DNA of 64,000 nucleotides from an uncultured Pseudomonadota bacterium. Lineage in GTDB: Bacteria > Pseudomonadota > Alphaproteobacteria > JACZXZ01. The position numbers and the translations under genes are program-made. The stretch spans positions 96,001 to 160,000 of the forward strand of contig CAVVLJ010000002.1 in the NCBI GenBank assembly GCA_963749075.1, in the 5' to 3' direction. Below the pieces are notes generated by a model. It ran no database searches. It saw only the letters and a list, made by a program, of their open reading frames with translations, and was not told where the DNA came from. This document shows positions 27,630 through 38,133 of the stretch, one piece after another (within the stretch, counting starts at the first letter, position 1; every line of letters begins with the position of its first letter).

Positions 27630-29354
27630 TCAATGAATCTCCGGCTCGGGGATCGCCTCGGTGCCCTCGAGGAAGTCGAAGTCGCAGCCCTCGTGGGCCT
27701 GCGTGATGTGCTCGGCGAAGAGCTTGTTGTAGCCGCGCGGGTAGTGGCGGTTGGGCGGCGCCCATTCCGCGAGGCGGCGGGCGATCTCGGCGTCGTCGAG
27801 CTCGACGTTGAGGCGGCGCCTGGCCACGTCGATCGCGATGCGGTCGCCCGTGCGCACGGCGGCTAAGGGGCCTCCGATGTGCGACTCGGGCGAGACGTGG
27901 AGCACGCAGGCGCCGTAGCTCGTGCCGCTCATGCGCGCGTCCGAGATGCGCAGCATGTCGCGCACCCCTGCCTTGAGGAGCTTCTGCGGGATCGGCAGCA
28001 TGCCCCATTCCGGCATGCCGGGCCCGCCGACGGGGCCCGCGTTCTGCAGCACGAGCACCGTGTCCGGCGTGGCGTCGAGGTCGTCGCGGTTGACGTTGGC
28101 CGCCATCTCGTTGTAGTCGCGGAAGACGAGGGCCGGACCCGTGTGCCTCAAGAAGCGCTTCTCCGCCGCCGACGGCTTCATGACGCAGCCCTTGGGTGCT
28201 ATGTTGCCGTAGAGCACCGCCGTCGCCCCCTCGGCATAGATCGCCTTGTCGAGCGGCCGGATCACGTCGGCGTTGTAGACCGCTGCACCCGCGATGTTCT
28301 CGCCGAGCGTTCGGCCATTGACGGTGAGGCAGGCGGTGTCGAGGTGCCCGCGGATGGTCTCGAGGAGTGCGCGCAGGCCGCCCGCGTAGAAGAAATCCTC
28401 CATGAGGAAAGCGCCCGAGGGCCGCAAGTTGGCGACGACGCCCATCTTGCGCGAGGCCGCCTCCACGTCGTCGAGCGAGAGCGGGATGCCGCAGCGCCGT
28501 GCCAAGGCGATGAGATGGATGATGGCGTTGGTCGAGCCGCCGAGCGCCATCTGCACCACGAGGGCGTTCTCGAAGGAGCCGCGCGAGAGCACGTCGCGCG
28601 GCCGGCGCTCCGCCCACACCATCTCGACCGCCTGCCGGCCGCTCTCGCGCGCCATGCGCGGGTGGCCGGCGTCGGCTGCCGGGATCGAGGAGGCACCGGG
28701 GAGCGTCATGCCGAGCGCCTCGGCGAGCGAGGTCAAGGTGGCGGCCGTGCCCATCACCATGCAATGGCCGTAGGAGCGCGCGATGCCGCCCTCGATCTCG
28801 CGCCAGGTCGCCTCGTCGATCTTGCCGGCCCCGCGCTCGGCCCAGTATTTCCAGCTATCGCTGCCGCTCCCCAGCACGTGGCCGGCCCAATTGCCGCGCA
28901 GCATGGGACCCGCGGGCATGAAGATCGCAGGCAGGTTCATGCTGATGGCGCCCATGAGGAGCCCGGGTGTCGTCTTGTCGCAGCCGCCCATGAGCACAGC
29001 GCCGTCGACCGGATGGCTGCGCAGGAGCTCCTCGGCCTCGAGCGCCAGGAGGTTGCGGTAGAGCATGGTCGTGGGCTTGACCATGGGCTCGGAGAGCGAG
29101 AGTGCCGGGAGCTCGACGGGGAAGCCGCCCGCCTGCCAGACGCCCTGCTTCACCTCCTCGACGCGGGTGCGGAAGTGGGCGTGGCAGGGGTTGATGTCGC
29201 TCCAGGTATTGAGGATGGCGATCACCGGCTTGCCGGCGAAATCCTCGCGCGCATAGCCCATCTGCAGCATGCGCGAGCGATGGCCGAAGGCGCGCAGGTC
29301 GTCGACGCCGAACCAGCGGTGGCTGCGCAGCTCCTCGGGCCTCAGCCTGCTCAT
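27630..29354 (-). CDS. IlvD/Edd-family sugar-acid dehydratase (L-arabinonate dehydratase-like)
   Basis: INPCHAH, GGCDKTTP, CMVMGTA, GGSTN, GMPEWG, SDARMSGT. Confidence 0.92.
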   Translation of the reverse strand: MSRLRPEELRSHRWFGVDDLRAFGHRSRMLQMGYAREDFAGKPVIAILNTWSDINPCHAHFRTRVEEVKQGVWQAGGFPVELPALSLSEPMVKPTTMLYRNLLALEAEELLRSHPVDGAVLMGGCDKTTPGLLMGAISMNLPAIFMPAGPMLRGNWAGHVLGSGSDSWKYWAERGAGKIDEATWREIEGGIARSYGHCMVMGTAATLTSLAEALGMTLPGASSIPAADAGHPRMARESGRQAVEMVWAERRPRDVLSRGSFENALVVQMALGGSTNAIIHLIALARRCGIPLSLDDVEAASRKMGVVANLRPSGAFLMEDFFYAGGLRALLETIRGHLDTACLTVNGRTLGENIAGAAVYNADVIRPLDKAIYAEGATAVLYGNIAPKGCVMKPSAAEKRFLRHTGPALVFRDYNEMAANVNRDDLDATPDTVLVLQNAGPVGGPGMPEWGMLPIPQKLLKAGVRDMLRISDARMSGTSYGACVLHVSPESHIGGPLAAVRTGDRIAIDVARRRLNVELDDAEIARRLAEWAPPNRHYPRGYNKLFAEHITQAHEGCDFDFLEGTEAIPEPEIH

Positions 29355-30175
29355 GAGCGGTCCTCCATGCCGAAAAAGCGCACGAGCTCCTCGACCTGCC
29401 CCTCGAGCATGAAGCGCCCGCCCATGGTGCGGCAGCCGCAAGATACGGCGTGGCGGAGGAGCGGGGTGAGCGGCGGCTTCATCACCACGTCGACGATGAG
29501 GAGGGCGGGATCGAGCGCTCCGAGCTCGGCCGGGAGGCCGTCGCCCGGCGTCATGCCGACGGGCGTCGCGTTGATGAGGATGTCATGGCCTTGGGCGGCG
29601 GGCTCGGCCGCGCGCGCGTCCGTGCGCGGATAGGCGGCGGCGACGCGCGCGGCCAGCTCTACCGCCTTCCGTGCATCCACGTCGTAGATCGTCAATCGCG
29701 CAGCACCGGCGTCCGCCATGGCAAAGGCGGCGGCGCTTCCCGCACCGCCCGCGCCCAGCAGCATGACGCGCCGGCCCGCGATCGCGTGGCCCTCGGCGCG
29801 CAGGCTCCGCACCAGGCCGCGGCCGTCGAACATGTCGCCCGACCAGCTGCCGTCGGAATCGCGGCGCAGGGCATTGATGGCGCCGACCGCGGCCCCGGTC
29901 GGCAGCAGGCGGTCGGCATGAGGGAGGATGCGCGCCTTGTAGGGCACGGTGATGATGAGGCCGTCGAGATTGGCGAGCGCCTTGAGCGCCGGCACGATGT
30001 CGTCGAAGCGCTCGGGCGGGACGTGGAGGGGCACCAGGATCGCGTTGCGGCCGGCGGCACGGAAACGCGCGGTCATGACCTCGGGCGAGCGCACCTGGGC
30101 AATGGGATGGCCGATGATGCCGAAAAGCCGCGTCGAGCCGTCGACGATGGCAGGGCTTTCCGCGGCCGCGTTCAC
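29351..30175 (-). CDS. shikimate dehydrogenase family protein
   Basis: GHPIAQVRSP, TVPYK, GAGGAG, NATPVGM. Confidence 0.88.
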   Translation of the reverse strand: MNAAAESPAIVDGSTRLFGIIGHPIAQVRSPEVMTARFRAAGRNAILVPLHVPPERFDDIVPALKALANLDGLIITVPYKARILPHADRLLPTGAAVGAINALRRDSDGSWSGDMFDGRGLVRSLRAEGHAIAGRRVMLLGAGGAGSAAAFAMADAGAARLTIYDVDARKAVELAARVAAAYPRTDARAAEPAAQGHDILINATPVGMTPGDGLPAELGALDPALLIVDVVMKPPLTPLLRHAVSCGCRTMGGRFMLEGQVEELVRFFGMEDRS

Positions 30176-31788
30176 GGCAGGACCTCCGGCAGCCCGTCGA
30201 GGAGGGCGAGTCGGGGCGAGAGCGAGCGGCCCGGCCGCGCCGCCAGGTCCGCCGCCAGGCCCATGCGCTCGGGCAGGAAGAGCCGCGCGTCCATGGGCTT
30301 GAGCGCGGGTGCTATCCGCGGCCGGAAGGCCATGCGCGCGAGGATATCGCGCTCGAGCTCGATGCCGGGTGCCAACTCGATGAGCTCGATGCCGCTCTCG
30401 GCGAGACGGAAGACCGCGCGCTCGGTCACGTAGAGCACGCGCTGGCCGCGCGCGCTGCCAAAGGAGCCGCTATAGGTGATCTGCTCGACCGCGGCGACGA
30501 ATTTCTGCTGGTTGCCGTCGCGCGCGATGCGGGTGACGCCGCCAGGCCAGGCGATCTCGCTCTTCCCTGCGCAGAAAGTGCCGCCGAAGACCACGCATTT
30601 GGCGTTCTGGCTGATGTTGATGAAGCCGCCTGGGCCCACGATGCGGCCGCCGAAGCGGCTCACGTTGACGTTGCCCTCGGCATCGACCTCGGCGAAGGAA
30701 AGGAAGGCGAGGTCGAGCCCGCCGCCGTCGTAGAAGTCGAACTGGTAGGGCTGGTCGATCATGGCGGCGTAGTTGCGCGAGGCGCCGGCCTCGTTCCCCG
30801 AGGCCGGTGCGCCGCCGATGAGGCCCTGCTCGTTGGTCAGGCAGACGGCGTCGAGCACGCCCTCCTCGGCGGCGATGTTGGCGATCCCCGTCGAGATGCC
30901 GGAACCGAGGTTGCACACCGCACCGGTGAAGAGCTCGGCGGCGGCGCGGCGCGCGATCACCTTGCGCGCGCCGTGCGGCAGCACCGCAATGTCGGAGAGC
31001 GGCGTCTTGAGCTCGCCGGCATAGGACGGGCTATAGGCGGTGAGATAGGTCTGGCGCTGCTCGGGCTCGACCACCACGAGGTCGACGAGGATGCCGGGTA
31101 TCTTGACCGCCTTGGCGGGGAGCGTGCCGCGCTTGGCCAGGCGCTTCACCTGCACGATGACGATGCCGCCGCAGCGCCGCGCCGCCTGCGCCTCCGCCAG
31201 CACCTCGCCGAACACCGCCTCCTCCTCCATGGTGACGTTGCCGTCCTCGTCCGCCGTGGTGCCGCGGAGGAGCGCTGCGTCGATGTGGAAGGGCTTGTAG
31301 AAGAGGTACTCCCTGCCGCGGAACTCGACGAGCTCCACGAGGTCCTCCTTGGCGCTCTTGCTCTGCTTGCCGCCGCCGTGGCGCGGGTCGACGAAGGTGT
31401 GGAGGCCCGTCTCGGTCAGGAGCCCGGCGCGCCCCGCCGCCATCTCGCGGGTGAGCTGGGAGAGCGCTCCCTGCGGCAGCGTATAGCCCTCGATCTTGTC
31501 GGCGAGAGCAAGATCGGAGATGCGCGGCGAGTTCACGAAGGTGCCGCCCACGTCGCGCTTCAAGAGGCCCTCATGGGCGAAATGGCCAAGGCCAAGGGTG
31601 GCGTCGTCGCCGAGGCCGACCGGATGCACGACCGTGAGCCTCCGCGGCTCGCCCTCCTTGAGGAAGCGCCGCCCGACGGCCGCCATCAGCGCCTCCGGCA
31701 CCGCGTGGCCGCCGCCCGAGCCGCCCACGATGAGCGTGTCGCCGGAGCGGATGAGCTTGACCGCCGCGTCGGCCGTGACGAGTCTCAA
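30172..31788 (-). CDS. acyl-CoA:acetate/3-ketoacid CoA transferase (YdiF/Pct-like); start approximate
   Basis: GLHTFVDPR, NLGSGI, EQG, YDGGGLD, GGFINISQ, YVTER. Confidence 0.9.
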   Translation of the reverse strand: MRLVTADAAVKLIRSGDTLIVGGSGGGHAVPEALMAAVGRRFLKEGEPRRLTVVHPVGLGDDATLGLGHFAHEGLLKRDVGGTFVNSPRISDLALADKIEGYTLPQGALSQLTREMAAGRAGLLTETGLHTFVDPRHGGGKQSKSAKEDLVELVEFRGREYLFYKPFHIDAALLRGTTADEDGNVTMEEEAVFGEVLAEAQAARRCGGIVIVQVKRLAKRGTLPAKAVKIPGILVDLVVVEPEQRQTYLTAYSPSYAGELKTPLSDIAVLPHGARKVIARRAAAELFTGAVCNLGSGISTGIANIAAEEGVLDAVCLTNEQGLIGGAPASGNEAGASRNYAAMIDQPYQFDFYDGGGLDLAFLSFAEVDAEGNVNVSRFGGRIVGPGGFINISQNAKCVVFGGTFCAGKSEIAWPGGVTRIARDGNQQKFVAAVEQITYSGSFGSARGQRVLYVTERAVFRLAESGIELIELAPGIELERDILARMAFRPRIAPALKPMDARLFLPERMGLAADLAARPGRSLSPRLALLDGLPEVLP

Positions 31789-31817
31789 GGACGGTACCTC
31801 ACGACCTTGCGGCCTGA

Positions 31818-31971
31818 TCTCCCTCTCCTCCTTCAGGAGGAGAGGGTCGGGGTGAGGAGGCAGCTTGGCCGGGCAAATCATCAGCCACGCAATCGCGTGC
31901 GCGCCGAGCCTCCTCACCCTCCCATCCCTTCGGGATGGGCCCCTCCCTCTCCTCCTGAAGGAGGAGAGGGG
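31818..31971. repeat. palindromic repeat element, variant copy, in a divergent intergenic region
   Basis: CCCTCTCCTCC-TTCA/TGAA-GGAGGAGAGGG twice; CCCATCCCTTCGGGATGGG hairpin; CCTCACCC arms. Confidence 0.75.
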
Positions 31972-32065
31972 TGTTTCCGCTTCTTCTCACCTGACCCTCC
32001 CTTGGTTTCCGCTGGTTCTAAGGTTTGCGGTGACGGGGTGTCAAATCCTCATTACCATGCCCCGC

Positions 32066-32860
32066 ATGGCCGAGAAGGACGAATGGAGAAACCGCGCGCG
32101 TCCCCGCGTCCTCGTGACCGGAGCGCGGCGCGGCATCGGACGCGGCATCGCCTGGGCCTTTGCCGAGGGCGGCTACGATGTCGTGGTGAACGATCTCGTG
32201 CGCGACAAGTTGGCCGAGGAGACGCTCGCCGGCATCGCGGAGCGCGGCGGCTCCGGCACCTTCGTCGGCGGCAGCATCGCCGAGCTGGCGGGGCTGGGAG
32301 CGCTCGTCGAGCGCGCCTTCGCGGCCTTCGGCGGTCTCGAGGTGCTCGTCAACAATGCCGGCATCTCGGTGAGAAGGCGCGCCGACATGCTGGAGGTGAC
32401 GCCCGAGGGCTTCGACGAGCAGCTGGCGACCAACCTGCGCGGCCCCTTCTTCCTCACCCAGGAGGTGGCGCGCCGCTGGCTCGCCTCGCCCGCGGCGGCC
32501 CATCCGCGCTCGATCATCACCATCTCCTCCGTCAACGTCGAGATGGCGTCGCCCGACCGCGCGGAATACTGCATCGCCAAGACGGGCCTCGCGATGATGA
32601 GCAAGCTCTTCGCCGTGCGCCTGGCCGAGGCGGGCATCGCCGTCTTCGAGATCCGGCCCGGCATCATCCGCACCGACATGACCGCGGTCGTCAAGGAGCG
32701 CTACGACAGGCTCATCGCCGACGGCATCGCGCCGGTGAGGCGCTGGGGCGAGGCCAAGGACGTGGGCGGCGCTGCGCTCGCCTTGGCAGGCGGCCAATTC
32801 CACTTCTCGACCGGCCAGGCCGTCTACGTCGACGGCGGGATGCATCTCCACCGGCTCTAG
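32066..32860 (+). CDS. SDR oxidoreductase (3-ketoacyl-ACP reductase-like)
   Basis: TGARRGIG, VNNAG, YCIAK, VDGG. Confidence 0.9.
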   Translation: MAEKDEWRNRARPRVLVTGARRGIGRGIAWAFAEGGYDVVVNDLVRDKLAEETLAGIAERGGSGTFVGGSIAELAGLGALVERAFAAFGGLEVLVNNAGISVRRRADMLEVTPEGFDEQLATNLRGPFFLTQEVARRWLASPAAAHPRSIITISSVNVEMASPDRAEYCIAKTGLAMMSKLFAVRLAEAGIAVFEIRPGIIRTDMTAVVKERYDRLIADGIAPVRRWGEAKDVGGAALALAGGQFHFSTGQAVYVDGGMHLHRL

Positions 32861-32902
32861 ACGCGCCGCCGCTCGCCCTGCGCTCAAGCGAAAGGACAGA
32901 CC

Positions 32903-33670
32903 ATGAGCGAGAACGTGAAGCTCGTCGTCGAGGGTGCGGTTGCCGAGATCCGGCTCGACCGTCCCGAGAAGCTCAATGCGGTGACACCCGAGATGGCCGC
33001 GGCGCTCAAGCGCCACTGCGAGGAGGTCGACCGCGACGACGGCGTGCGCGCGGTCCTCATCAGCGGCGCCGGCACGCGCGCCTTCTCGGCCGGCAGCGAC
33101 CTCAACTCCTTAGCCGAGTATCCATCGCCTTGGAAGTTCCGCAACCGCACGGAATACGCCCATGCCGTGCGCAGCATCCGGAAGCCGGTGGTGGCGGCGC
33201 TCAAGGGCTGGGTACTGGGCGGCGGCTGCGAGATGGCGCTCGCCGCCGACATCCGCGTGGCCGGCAGGAGCACGCGCTGCGGCTTTCCCGAGGTGAAGCG
33301 CGGCTGGGTGGGCGGCGGCGGGGCGTCGCAGATGCTGCCGCGCCTGGTGGGCTACGGCCAGGCCATGCGGCTCCTCCTCACGGGCGAGACGGTTGCGGCC
33401 GAGGAGGCGCTCAGGCTCGGCCTCGTCGAGATACTGGTCGAGGACGGCGAGGTCGAGGCGCGCGCGCGGCAGCTCTGCCGCGAGATCGCCGCCTTGAGCC
33501 CGCTCGCCGTCGAGGCGGTCAAGGCGTCGGTGAGGATGGCGCTCTCGGCCGGCCTCGAGGCGGGCCTGAGCTACGAGAACGAGATGAACACCCTCTGCTT
33601 CGCGGCGGGCGATCACTTGGAGGGCATCCGCGCCTTCCGCGAGAAGCGACCGGCGGAGTTCAAGGCCTGA
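32903..33670 (+). CDS. enoyl-CoA hydratase/isomerase
   Basis: AFSAGSDL, LGGGCEMAL..DIR, FPEVKRG. Confidence 0.92.
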   Translation: MSENVKLVVEGAVAEIRLDRPEKLNAVTPEMAAALKRHCEEVDRDDGVRAVLISGAGTRAFSAGSDLNSLAEYPSPWKFRNRTEYAHAVRSIRKPVVAALKGWVLGGGCEMALAADIRVAGRSTRCGFPEVKRGWVGGGGASQMLPRLVGYGQAMRLLLTGETVAAEEALRLGLVEILVEDGEVEARARQLCREIAALSPLAVEAVKASVRMALSAGLEAGLSYENEMNTLCFAAGDHLEGIRAFREKRPAEFKA

Positions 33671-33684
33671 CGGCGGCGGTTGCC

Positions 33685-34711
33685 ATGGCAAGGAAGCGGC
33701 GCATCGCGGTCGTCGGGCTCGGCATGGCGCTCAAGCCCCATCTCCAGAGCCTGATGGAGCTCGCCGACCGCGTCGAGATCGCCGCCTGCTACGCGCCGAG
33801 CGAGGCGCGGCGCCAAGCCTTTGCCGCGGCTCACCGCCATCCGCTCGCGGCGGATCTCGAGAGCATCCTCGGCGACCCCACCATCGACGCGGTCCTCCTC
33901 CTGACCCCGCCGAGCAGCCACCTCGAGCTCGTCGAGCGTGCAGCCGCCGCGGGCAAGCACGTGCTCCTCGAGAAGCCGGTCGAGGTGACGGTCGCGCGCG
34001 CCGAGCGGCTGGTCGGGGCGATGGAGCGTGCCGGATTGAGGCTGGGGGTCGTGCTGCAGCACCGCTTCCGCGCCGTCTCGCGCCGCTTGGGCTCCCTCGT
34101 CGCCGCGGGCGAGCTCGGGCGCCTCGTCTCCGGCTCGGCGGCCGTGCGCTGGTGGCGCCCGCCCGAATATTTCGCTGCCGGCGGGCGCGGCAGCAAGGCA
34201 CGCGACGGCGGCGGCGTGCTCCTCACCCAGGCGATCCACACCCTCGATCTTTTCCTGAGCCTGGCCGGGCCGATCAGCCAAGTGGCAGCCTTTGCCGCCA
34301 CCTCGCCCTTGCGCAAAATCGACACCGAGGACGTGGTGGGTGCCGCCATCCGCTTCGCGGACGGCGCCATCGGCACCATCGACGCGACGACGGTCGCCTT
34401 TCCCGGCTTTCCCGAGCGCATCGAGCTCGCCTGCGAGAAGGGCACGGCCGTGCTCGCGGCCGAGACGCTCGAACGTCTATTTCAAGGACGGCCGGCGCCT
34501 CCACGAGTCGAGCGGGCCGTCCGAGAGCGGCGGCGCCGATCCCATGGCCTTCGCCAACGACGCGCACAAGGCGCTCATCGCCGACTTCCTCGACGCCCTC
34601 GACGAGGGCAGGCCACCGGCGGTCCATGGCCGCGAGGCGCTCAAGGTGCAGCGCCTGATCGAGGCGATCCTCGCCTCGTCGGCGGAGGGCCGCCCCATGG
34701 AGATAGCATGA
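33685..34711 (+). pseudogene. Gfo/Idh/MocA oxidoreductase with an apparent +1 frameshift near 34473
   Basis: VVGLG, GKHVLLEKP, GGGVLLTQAIHTLD; the C-terminus (..HKALIADFLDAL..) continues in ORF 34292-34711. Confidence 0.85.
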
Positions 34712-35706
34712 GCATGGCAAGGATCTTCCTCACCCACGTGCCGGACATGCTGGCCAACTACTACGGCCCGCGCGCGCTCGCAGCCCTCAAGGCGCTCGGC
34801 GAGGTGCGCGTCAACGAGAGCGGCCGCGTGCTCGACGCGGCGGCGCTCGCCGAGGCGGCGCGGGGCTGCGAGATCGTCGTCTCCGACCGCCAGACGCAAG
34901 GCCCCGCCGCCTTCTTCGCGGCGGCGCCCGATGTCGTCGCCTTCCTCCGCGTCGCGGTCGACATCCGCAACATCGACGTGGCGGCGGCGAGTGCGGCAGG
35001 CGTGCTTGTGACGCACGCGACGCCGGGCTTCGTCGCCTCGGTCGCGGAGATGGCGGTGGGCTTCATGGTCGATCTCGCCCGCCACGTCTCGGATTCGGTG
35101 CTCGTCTATCGCCAGGGCGCCGTGCCCGGGGCGCGCACGGGCCGCCAGCTCAAGGGCTCCGTGCTCGGCATCATCGGCTATGGCGTCATCGGCCAGTACT
35201 TGGCCGCGCTCGGCAAGGCGCTCGGCATGACGGTGGTGGTGGCCGACCCCTACAAGAAGGTCGCGGATCCCGCGCTGCGCCAGGCGAGCCTCGAGGACCT
35301 CCTCGCCGCGGCCGATTTCGTGGTCTGCCTCGCGGTGGCGACGGAGGAGACCGAGAACCTGATGGACGCCGCCGCCTTCGCGCATATGCGTGGAAGCGCC
35401 TATTTCATCAATCTCTCGCGCGGCAATCTGGTGGACGAGGCGGCGCTCGAGCGGGCGCTCGCCGAGAAGCGCATCGCGGGTGCCGCACTCGACGTGGGGC
35501 GCGCCCACGACCAGATGCCCTCCCTCGATCTCGCGCGGCGCCCGGACGTGATCGCAACCCCGCACGCCGCGGGCCTGACGCCCGAGGCCATCGAGCACCA
35601 GGCCTTCGATACGGTCGCGCAAGTGGCGGAGCTCGTGGCCGGCCGCCTGCCGCCGGGTGCGGTGAACGCCGAGGCGGCGACGCGCCTCAAGCGCCTCAGG
35701 GCGTGA
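34708..35706 (+). CDS. D-2-hydroxyacid dehydrogenase family
   Basis: GIIGYGVIG, FINLSRG, GAALDV, TPHAAG. Confidence 0.9.
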   Translation: MSMARIFLTHVPDMLANYYGPRALAALKALGEVRVNESGRVLDAAALAEAARGCEIVVSDRQTQGPAAFFAAAPDVVAFLRVAVDIRNIDVAAASAAGVLVTHATPGFVASVAEMAVGFMVDLARHVSDSVLVYRQGAVPGARTGRQLKGSVLGIIGYGVIGQYLAALGKALGMTVVVADPYKKVADPALRQASLEDLLAAADFVVCLAVATEETENLMDAAAFAHMRGSAYFINLSRGNLVDEAALERALAEKRIAGAALDVGRAHDQMPSLDLARRPDVIATPHAAGLTPEAIEHQAFDTVAQVAELVAGRLPPGAVNAEAATRLKRLRA

Positions 35707-35729
35707 CGGCAAGAGGGAGGAAGCCCAGC

Positions 35730-36572
35730 ATGGCAAGCAGCGAAGCGGCTCAAGGACCCCGGCTCAAGGCGCCTCCCGGCGCCTGCGACACCCATATGCA
35801 CTTCTACGACAGCCGCTATCCGGTGGCGGCGACGGCAGTCTCGCCGCCGCCCGAGGCCAGCGTCGAGGACTATCGGGCGGTGCAGCGCCGCCTCGGCCTC
35901 GCGCGCACCGTCGTGGTGCAGCCCTCGGCCTACGGCCTCGACAACCGCTGCACGCTCGCCGGCATCGCGGCCTTGGGCCTCGAGCGCGCGCGCGGCATCG
36001 CGGTCGTCGACGACCGCGTGACGGATGCCGAGCTCGAGCGCCTCACCGGCGCCGGCATCCGAGGCGTCCGCTTCCACATGCTGCCGGGCGGCGCCATCCC
36101 TTGGGCCATCCTCGACGCGGTCGCCGCGCGCGTGGCGGCCGCGGGCTGGCACGTGCAGCTCCAGCTCGACGGGCGCCTTTTGCCCGACCGCGAGGCGCAG
36201 ATCAGAGCCTGGCCCGGCCGCGCCGTCATCGATCACGTGGGCAAGTTCCTCGAGCCCGTGCCGCCCGAGCATGCCGCCTTCCGCTGCCTCCTCCGCCTCG
36301 TCGAAAGCGGCCGCGTGTGGGTCAAGCTCTCCGCACCCTACGAGGTGTCGAAGGCGGGGCCGCCGCTCTACGCCGACGTGGGCCGCCTCGCCAAGGCGCT
36401 GGTCAGGGCAGCACCCGAGCGCATGCTGTGGGCGAGCAACTGGCCGCATCCCTCGGTCAAGGTGCCGCCCGACGACGCGCTCCTCCTCGACCTCCTCCTC
36501 GACTGGGCGCCCGACGAAGCCGTGCGCCGGCGCATCCTCGTCGACAACCCGGCCGAGCTCTACGGGTTCTGA
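35730..36572 (+). CDS. amidohydrolase-2 family lactonase/isomerase
   Basis: CDTHMH, VQPSAYG.DN, IDHVG, WASNWPH, DNPAELYGF. Confidence 0.9.
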   Translation: MASSEAAQGPRLKAPPGACDTHMHFYDSRYPVAATAVSPPPEASVEDYRAVQRRLGLARTVVVQPSAYGLDNRCTLAGIAALGLERARGIAVVDDRVTDAELERLTGAGIRGVRFHMLPGGAIPWAILDAVAARVAAAGWHVQLQLDGRLLPDREAQIRAWPGRAVIDHVGKFLEPVPPEHAAFRCLLRLVESGRVWVKLSAPYEVSKAGPPLYADVGRLAKALVRAAPERMLWASNWPHPSVKVPPDDALLLDLLLDWAPDEAVRRRILVDNPAELYGF

Positions 36573-36646
36573 GCCGGGGCACCGGCTCGGCGGGCGGCCG
36601 CCGAAATTGTATTGACACTTGTACGTATTTCGCCTCCAATCCGCCG

Positions 36647-36943
36647 ATGCGATCCGAGTGGGACGAAGAGAAGCGGGAGAGCAATCTCGCCAAGCATGGT
36701 ATCGATTTCGTGAATGCGGTCGCCATCTTCGACGGAGTCATCCTCGAAGCCGTGGACGCCCGACGCGATTATGGCGAGCGGCGGCTTCGCGCCTTGGGGA
36801 CGGTTGGACGCCGGGTCCTTTTCGTCGTCTATACCCTGAGGCGCGGCTGCCGCCGGATCATCGGTGCGCGAAAGGCAGGACGACATGAGCAAGAAGCGTA
36901 TTACGCGCATCTCCGCCGCAGAGGCGCGGACGATGGCCGGTAG
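36647..36943 (+). CDS. brnT: BrnT family toxin
   Basis: EWDEEKRESNLAKHGIDF, DYGERR, RIIGARKA. Confidence 0.88.
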   Translation: MRSEWDEEKRESNLAKHGIDFVNAVAIFDGVILEAVDARRDYGERRLRALGTVGRRVLFVVYTLRRGCRRIIGARKAGRHEQEAYYAHLRRRGADDGR

Positions 36944-37199
36944 GACGGACTGGAAACGCGTTCGTAGGCTCACCGAGAAGGGCATCGCGCGCGCCGCGTC
37001 CGGCGATCCCGACGCGCCGATGACCACGGCTGCGGATTGGGTCAAGGCCCGGGTGGTGTGGCCGCGCGGCAAGACGCCGGTGACGCTGCGCTTGGACGAC
37101 GACGTGCTCGAGTGGTTCCGCAAGCACGGCCGCGGATACCAGACGCGAATCAACGCCGTACTGCGTGCCTTCGTCGACGCGAAGGTAAATCCACGATAA
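36885..37199 (+). CDS. brnA: BrnA family antitoxin
   Basis: VTLRLDDDVLEWFR..GRGYQTRINAVLR. Confidence 0.92.
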   Translation: MSKKRITRISAAEARTMAGRTDWKRVRRLTEKGIARAASGDPDAPMTTAADWVKARVVWPRGKTPVTLRLDDDVLEWFRKHGRGYQTRINAVLRAFVDAKVNPR

Positions 37200-37228
37200 G
37201 CGGGCGTATGGCCCCCTCGCGCACCGCC

Positions 37229-37669
37229 CTACCCCGCGTTCGGCACCCACTTGAGGAGATGCTCGGCGACGGCGCAGAGCTCGCCTTTCTGGTTGGCGAC
37301 CTCGACGTGAGCGCGCGAGCGGCGCCGCTCGGGATCGATCTCGGCGATGCGGTAGGTGACGGTGATGGTGTCGCCGAGCTTGACGGCCTTGAGGAACCGC
37401 ACGCGGTCGTAGCCGAGGGAGACCGGCGTCTCGTCGCTGCCCGCCGCCACGCTTTTCGCACACATCATGGTCGAGGTCGTCGACATGTAGCCGATGAGGA
37501 GTGCCCCGTGCGCGATGCGCCCGCCGTAGGCCGAGCGGCGCATGTATTCCTCGTTGACGTGGTTGCCGGCGAAATCGCCGGTGATGCCGGCGAAGAGGTA
37601 GACGTTGCTCTCGCTCACCGTCTTCGAGAAGGCGACCTCGTCGCCGATGCCAACGTGGAAGGAGGCCAT
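37229..37669 (-). CDS. MaoC-family dehydratase
   Basis: FAGITGD..NH, IAHGAL, RFLKAV..GDTI. Confidence 0.9.
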   Translation of the reverse strand: MASFHVGIGDEVAFSKTVSESNVYLFAGITGDFAGNHVNEEYMRRSAYGGRIAHGALLIGYMSTTSTMMCAKSVAAGSDETPVSLGYDRVRFLKAVKLGDTITVTYRIAEIDPERRRSRAHVEVANQKGELCAVAEHLLKWVPNAG

Positions 37670-37680
37670 GGCGGCAGCAC

Positions 37681-38067
37681 TCAGACGGCCGGGCCGGGCT
37701 CGTCGGGCGCGAAGTCGAGCTCGACCTTGGCGCCGCTCGGATCGTGGAAGAAGAGCTGCCAGGTCTTGCTCTCGGCCTGGCGGCGCAGCTGGTACGCAAG
37801 GCCGCGCGCCTTGAGCTTGCCGAGCGTCGCCTCGAGGCCCTTGGCGCCGAAGGCCATGTGGTCGAGGACGCCCGCCGGGTCCGCCGGCAGCGCGCGCCCG
37901 GCGATGACGTGGAGCACCGCGCGCTTCCCGGCATAGAGCCAGACGCCGGGGAAGCCGAGCGGCGGACGGTAGCCCTCCTTGAGCCCGAGGAGCTCGCCGT
38001 AGAACGACCGGGTGGCGGCGAGATCGTCCGTGAGCACGGTGAAATGGTCCATGGCTTTGACGGTCAT
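37681..38067 (-). CDS. VOC/glyoxalase family protein
   Basis: DHFTV, FY..LLGL, DHMAF, DPSG.KVEL. Confidence 0.9.
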   Translation of the reverse strand: MTVKAMDHFTVLTDDLAATRSFYGELLGLKEGYRPPLGFPGVWLYAGKRAVLHVIAGRALPADPAGVLDHMAFGAKGLEATLGKLKARGLAYQLRRQAESKTWQLFFHDPSGAKVELDFAPDEPGPAV

Positions 38068-38133
38068 GGGCGTCTCCTCTTGCCTGGGATGCGTCCTCGC
38101 ACGGGCGAGGCTAGCACTTCCCGCCGACTTGCG

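Noticed and set aside
30973-35706. 1577-aa ORF suggesting a giant fusion protein
   Set aside because: It strings together antisense and off-frame sequence with two real genes (33685 and 34708 starts) through high GC and a frameshift; not one protein
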